A stretch of DNA of 64,000 nt. Origin: Felis catus. Lineage: Eukaryota. This document shows, one piece after another, positions 58,770 to 64,000 of the stretch (position 1 is its first letter; each line of letters opens with the position of its first letter). The translations under genes were made by a program, and so were the position numbers. Under the pieces are notes generated by a model. That model searched no databases and was not told the origin of the DNA. It saw only the letters and a list, made by a program, of their open reading frames with translations. Location of the stretch: assembly GCF_018350175.1 (NCBI RefSeq), contig NC_058370.1, positions 6,634,001 to 6,698,000 of the forward strand. The letters are read 5' to 3'.

Positions 58770-60636
58770 TCTAGAAAATGGGGGGGGGGGCGAGGAATCA
58801 GATCCAACTTATTTTTGAAAAAAAAAAATCTGGAAATTTCAGCTTCTGAAATCCTAGACCTAGGAGGTCCCTCCTCTGCCCACCAAGCCTCCCAGCCAAC
58901 TGTTACTTCTGGAGGCCAGATTGGCATCCTGTCTCTTGGACCACATCCTATAGGTTGACTTGGTGATATTTCAGCAGCGAAATGGACCAATGCGGTTTTC
59001 CTTTTTTTTTTTGCTTTCTGGCTCCTGCTTTTTGAAGCCATATAACAGAAATCATGGTATGACAGGCAGATCCTTTGCTAGTTATGAAATGATAAAGGTC
59101 AAGCTGATCAAATCTTCTTTGCAAGTATAATACCCAGTTAACTGAAATGTGTCGGAAACCTCACCCAGTTATCAGGCTGACAGAGAATTTGACAGATCTC
59201 ACAAATAGAACTGTTTTGATTTACCTGTTCTCCACACATAACACCTTCTCTCTGGCTCTCTTTGGCCGCTCCTTTGCTCAGACCTTAACAATTGCAGCCG
59301 GGAGGATTGAGACACTCAAAGGCTGTCATCACCTGTCTGTATCATTGTTCCCCTCTCTTCCCCGGGAACGCATGGAACGTCAGGATTCTTGCAGGGTAAT
59401 TACCATATCTACAATCGCACAAGATGCCAGCCCATATGGGACACCCCATAATTTTGCAGCAGCAGAAACCTCTGCTTTTTGCTTATGCCTCTTATGAACC
59501 GTGCTCACCACATCTTAAACTTCAGAGCGTTGAAAATCACAGCGTCTCATAAACAGACCTATTCAGCAATTGCCTTTTCAACTGTCCGTGAGCAAACCTG
59601 GTCCTTCTTTCATTACAGGCCTTCGTGATTACGGGGCTTTGTGCTTTTTGCTCGCAATTTAGAATTATGTGATCTTCTAAAACCCTTCCCCTTGGTTGGA
59701 GATTTTATTTTTTTGAATCTGTAAAATGAAATCCCTGAAAAATAATAACCGTAGAGGTATGTGCAAAATATATTGCATCTTTAGCATCCAGGAGAACCTA
59801 CAGTTTTGATAACTTTAATTGGGTCCCTGAAGCAAAATTATTCTCGGAATAACCAAGGTACGTATTTTTAAAACATGGCAGAATTTGGCCTTAGGAAACT
59901 TCCTTTAATTCTAATATATCAAAATTACTGGCTGTTTACAGAAGAACTGTTCTACCGAGGATTATCTACTTAAGATGTAATTGTGCACCAAGAATGAATT
60001 GCAAATATAGAGCAGACTTAAATTCAGGCATCACGTGCGGGGGGGGGGGGGGGGTCATTCAAGTTCTTCAGAGACTTATTCCTTTGCTTCTTTGTGTATT
60101 TCTGTTCGCTTTTTGGCCTTCCTTCTTTCATTGTTTGGATGATCTTAAAGCCATTCGTTGTGGTGGAACTAAGTTCAAAAGTTTTGAAGGGCTTCCAAGA
60201 TATGAGGCTTGCAGTGAGCAACTTTAGCTGTGTCCGGGGCGGGGAGGGGGAGAAAAATTCCAAGCACATGGCAGCAGAGATGATTTGTTGGCACAAATTC
60301 ACATGATCCTGAACCTGCAAGGGTCGCACAGTGAAGATTCAGTGGGACTGTGGAATGAGGGGTCAGGGGGAACAAATCTGCAGTCTTGGTTGATAGAGAA
60401 CTAACCTGTGATCTCACCCCACCCCCATTAAAGGGATTGGCACATCCTGTCAGGCGCCCCAGAGAAGTCCAGATTGGGGAATGCAGACTGGAAGGTCTCT
60501 CGTGGAACCAGCCGTTTCTCTCTGCACTGGATTTGGAGAATTTTAGTTGCTGAGTAGCTGATGAGATGAGCAGGTGGGCAGGCAGATAATGGCAGATATG
60601 AGGTGCTTTGGTACTTCTGCCGGCTGTTTACAGTGG

Positions 60637-60638
<2 letters not shown>

Positions 60639-60671
<33 letters not shown>

Positions 60672-60690
60672 CGCGCGAGAGCGCGTGCAC
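60639..60690. repeat. (GA)n followed by (GC)n microsatellite
   Basis: Direct inspection. Confidence 0.9.
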
Positions 60691-60920
60691 CCTTCTATTT
60701 GAAGCTTGAGGTGATGGAACTAATCATTTGCAGAATTTTAGCTTTTAGTTGCTCATTACCCTAATAGTCCTAGATTTCCTTGTTGATTAATTATCATCTT
60801 GAGTATCGAGGATAATTTTAGGCACCTGCCTTTTGTTATGGACGCTGAGGGCCCAGACCCCCCAGCCCCATCCCAAGACAGCCAGGGTATCTCTGAAGTT
60901 AGGCTAACTTGATAATTCTT

Positions 60921-61139
60921 TTTGTTTGTTTGCTTGTTTTAAATGTTTGTTTACTTTTGAGAAAGACGGTGCGTGAGCAGGGGAGGGGCAGGGAGAGAAG
61001 GGAGACACAGAATCCGAAGCAGGCTCCAGGCTCCGAGCTGTCAGCACAGAGACCCACAGGGGGCTGGAACTCATGAACCGTGAGATCATGACCTGAGCCA
61101 AAGTCGGACACTTAACTGACTGAGTCACCCAGGCGCCCC
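60921..61139 (-). mobile_element. CanSINE, SINEC_Fc2-like, inserted at the end of a MER20
   Basis: TSD ctaacttgataattctt at 60904-60920 and 61140-61156. Confidence 0.94.
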
Positions 61140-61147
61140 CTAACTTG

Positions 61148-61353
61148 ATAATTCTTAACTGGGACAGTTCTGCCCCAGGGGACCTTTGACGATGTCTGGA
61201 GACATTTTTGGTTGTCATGAGCAGTGGGGAGTGCTACTGGCGTCTAGCAGGCGGAGGCCAGGGATGCTGCTGGACACCCCACGGTGCGCAGCTCCGCCCC
61301 TCAACAGTTCTCCAGCCCCGCATGTCGACAGTGCTACAGCTGAGAAATCTTGG
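61148..61353. mobile_element. MER20
   Basis: 'gccccaggggac.tttg.c.atgtctggagacatttttggttgtca..gtgctactggc.tctag..gaggccagggatgctgct..tgagaaa.cttg'. Confidence 0.88.
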
Positions 61354-62203
61354 GCTAAGTGGACGCGCTTTCCTGGGACTTGGAATTTCCAGGTTGATCG
61401 AGTAAGGAGAGGCCTCATGGGAAGCCACTCATTCTAACGGCGGTGGCCACAGGGTAGCGTCCCAGCTACTCTGCTCCAGTGCGGATGCTTTGCTTCCTGC
61501 TGCCTGCTTGCCCGTTGGTGCCTGCGCTCAAGTCTGACCCATCTGAGCTCCTGCAGATTCTGGGAGTGCCCGCCCCCCCCCCCCCACTTCCTTGGGCCGT
61601 TATACTTACTGTAAACGCAGTCTGAATTGGTTTTCTTTGCTTACTCACAATCAAAACCGTAGCTGCGACGTCGTTGCTTTTAAAACTTACACGTATTTTT
61701 TTTTTCTTAAAAGTGGTGGCACCGCCCCTCCCCTTTCTCCCCTCCAATGGCATCTTACAGGGACCTTCATTCTAGAAGGCAGGGGAAATTGGAGCTGGTC
61801 TGGCGAATGATGTGATCTTCCCTTCACCTTGTTCCCCGTAACTGATTTCCCACACCAGCCCCCGAGAGGAACTTGAGGACTCAGGAAGCCCATTTATAAC
61901 CACCGGATTATGAAGCACTGTGGGCACCTGTTAAATTGTAACCCGGAGGGAGAGTACGTGAAACCATCATCAGGCCTCCATACCTTATTTGGAATGAGTT
62001 CATATGATTTCTCCAAAGGTGAGGAGAAGTTTTGGAAGCAGAAGCAATGTTAGGAGAAGGTTCAGGGCACTGGACCGGCCTTTGGGGGCCGTCCTGGTTT
62101 GTGATGGCTTCCAAGATGGCCTTTCCCCATCTTCCAGAGTCAAAGCAGAGTAAGGCTTGGCAGGAAGCTCCAGGAAGGATGTAAAGCTGGGGTCACAACT
62201 TCT

Positions 62204-62433
62204 TTCTTTCTTTCTTTCTTTATTTTTTTTCAACTTTTATTTATTTTTGGGACAGAGAGAGACAGAGCATGAACGGGGGAGGGGCAGAGAGAGAGGGAGA
62301 CACAGAATCGGAAACAGGCTCCAGGCTCCGAGCCATCAGCCCAGAGCCCGACGCGGGGCTCGAACTCACGGACCGCGAGATCGTGACCTGGCTGAAGTCG
62401 GACGCTTAACCGACTGCGCCACCCAGGCGCCCC
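62204..62433 (-). mobile_element. CanSINE, very young SINEC_Fc-type
   Basis: CpG-intact body; TSD ggggtcacaacttct at 62189-62203 and 62439-62453. Confidence 0.97.
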
Positions 62434-62649
62434 ACATAGGGGTCACAACTTCTAATGGCCACGACGGCAGGTAAACACACAAAGAGTCAAATCAGATAGT
62501 GGGTTTGCATATTAAAGATGTAAGAATATTCTTCATTTCCAGGTACCAAAAGTATTTGCCTCTTTTTTTTGCCTGGAAATACACGTTCCTCTTAGTCTAT
62601 ATTTGATCTTTCTTCTATGACAGACCTTAGTTATTACTAAGTGGCTTTC

Positions 62650-62867
62650 GGGGTGCCTGGGTGGCTTAGTTGGTTGAGTGTCCAACTCTGAATTTTGGCT
62701 CAGGTCGTGATCTTGTGGTTTGTGGGATTGAGCCCTGCGTGGGGCTCTGTGCTGGCAGTGCAGAGCCTGTTTGGGCTTCTCTCTCTCTCTCTCTCTCTCT
62801 CTCTGCTCCTCCCTCAACTCATGCTATCTTTGTCTCTTTCAAAATTAATAAATAAACTTAAAAAAAA
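62650..62867 (+). mobile_element. CanSINE, Fc3-like
   Basis: TSD gtggctttc. Confidence 0.92.
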
Positions 62868-63084
62868 CGTGGCTTTCTACTGCAAAGAAAGAAAGAGTGT
62901 AAGCCCAATGGTAAATGGCAACTTGACTTCAGTGTTGAATAATAGAGAGTGGTGGGGACTGTGGCAAACTAGAAGGTGAATGCCCTGTGTAAAGGGAGCA
63001 GCTGCAGAACCAGTCAGATCTGACACATGTTGTCGCAGGGAGAACGTGGGTCCAAAGTGGCTAAACCTTCTAAAGAGAAGCTAG

Positions 63085-63205
63085 AGGGGTGCCTGGGTGT
63101 CCCAGTCGGTTGGGCATACGATTCTTTATTTTGGCTCAGGTTCAAGATTGTGGGATTGAGACCCATGTCAGGTTCTGTGCTGACAGTGTGGAGCCTGCTT
63201 GGGAT

Positions 63206-63249
<44 letters not shown>

Positions 63250-63337
63250 TCTGCCCCTCCACCACTAGTGTGCACGTGCACACGCCCACACACAGTCTCT
63301 CTCTCTCCATCAAAATAAATAAATAAACTAAAAAAAA
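63085..63337 (+). mobile_element. CanSINE, Fc3-like
   Basis: TSD taaagagaagctag at 63071-63084 and 63338-63351. Confidence 0.92.
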
Positions 63338-64000
63338 TAAAGAGAAGCTAGCAATCTGAATTTTCCTGTGAATTCTCTGTATTTAAAAAAATTACAAAAG
63401 AAAGAAAGACACATCTATGGGTTGTTTTTGATTTGTTCAACATCAGCTTGAGACTTCCGTGTTGATGTTGTTATTAATCAGAGAAGGAGATGCTGTTAAG
63501 GAAGTTCAGCATTGGGATCGCTGGCTTCCTTGTTTCTTCTCTCTGCGTCTCTGTCTCTCTGAGTCTCTTCAGAAATTTGCTTCCAGATGGATCCTTCTGA
63601 GGGCACCTCTTCGCCCTCTAGCTCACGCCGTCCCTGGGCTCCTGACACTCCCTCCCACCCCCACAGGTTTGAGCTGTGCCCAGTAAAGGGTGGGTACAGG
63701 ATGTGCAGAGTCTGGAAAGGCGCAGTGAAGGCATTTCTGGGCAAGTGCCGGCGTGAGCACGGGGGAGGCAGGAAGAGTGGAGAAGGGCCTCTGTGGCCCG
63801 GGTGGACCAGGTGACCGGAGGGTTTGCGCAGGGTGGCACGAGACAGCTTGGGTTGGTCCAGCTGACGAAGGGCTCTCAGGGGTTTGGGTTTGCCCTGCAA
63901 GCAAAGTGGAAGTATCGAAGGGTTTGAGCAGGTAGGGAGGCAGAAGCAGAATGCAACACTTGAGGAGAGCTGATTCTGTAGTGACGTGCAGGGTAGATTA

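Overview
This window is mammalian nuclear DNA from a cat-family (Felidae) genome, identified by feline CanSINEs (SINEC_Fc-type) and feline L1 3' ends. It comes from a gapped assembly, with three N-runs in or next to a young L1. I find no protein-coding exon, RNA gene, CRISPR array or prokaryotic-type system. The ORF track is explained by repeats and chance ORFs in GC-rich DNA. Much of the window is interspersed repeat: 36 CanSINEs (many with exact target-site duplications, TSDs), L1 fragments of several ages, MaLR/ERVL LTRs, MIR/L2, MER5/MER20/MER58 and a hAT-Tip100 (Zaphod-like) fossil with a transposase C-terminal remnant. SINEs (28 minus, 8 plus) and L1s are strongly biased to the minus strand, which suggests an intron of a large + strand gene that I cannot name. 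The most notable items are: strong CTCF motifs in a divergent, boundary-like arrangement; three SINEs inserted serially into one target site, with a datable order; a ~145-bp, ~90%-identical local duplication; an MLT1-derived promoter-like motif cluster; and several repeat-free, motif-dense candidate enhancers. No novel biological system can be supported from the sequence alone. Repeat subfamily names come from my recall of consensus sequences. Boundaries are approximate (about 10-30 bp) unless fixed by a TSD.
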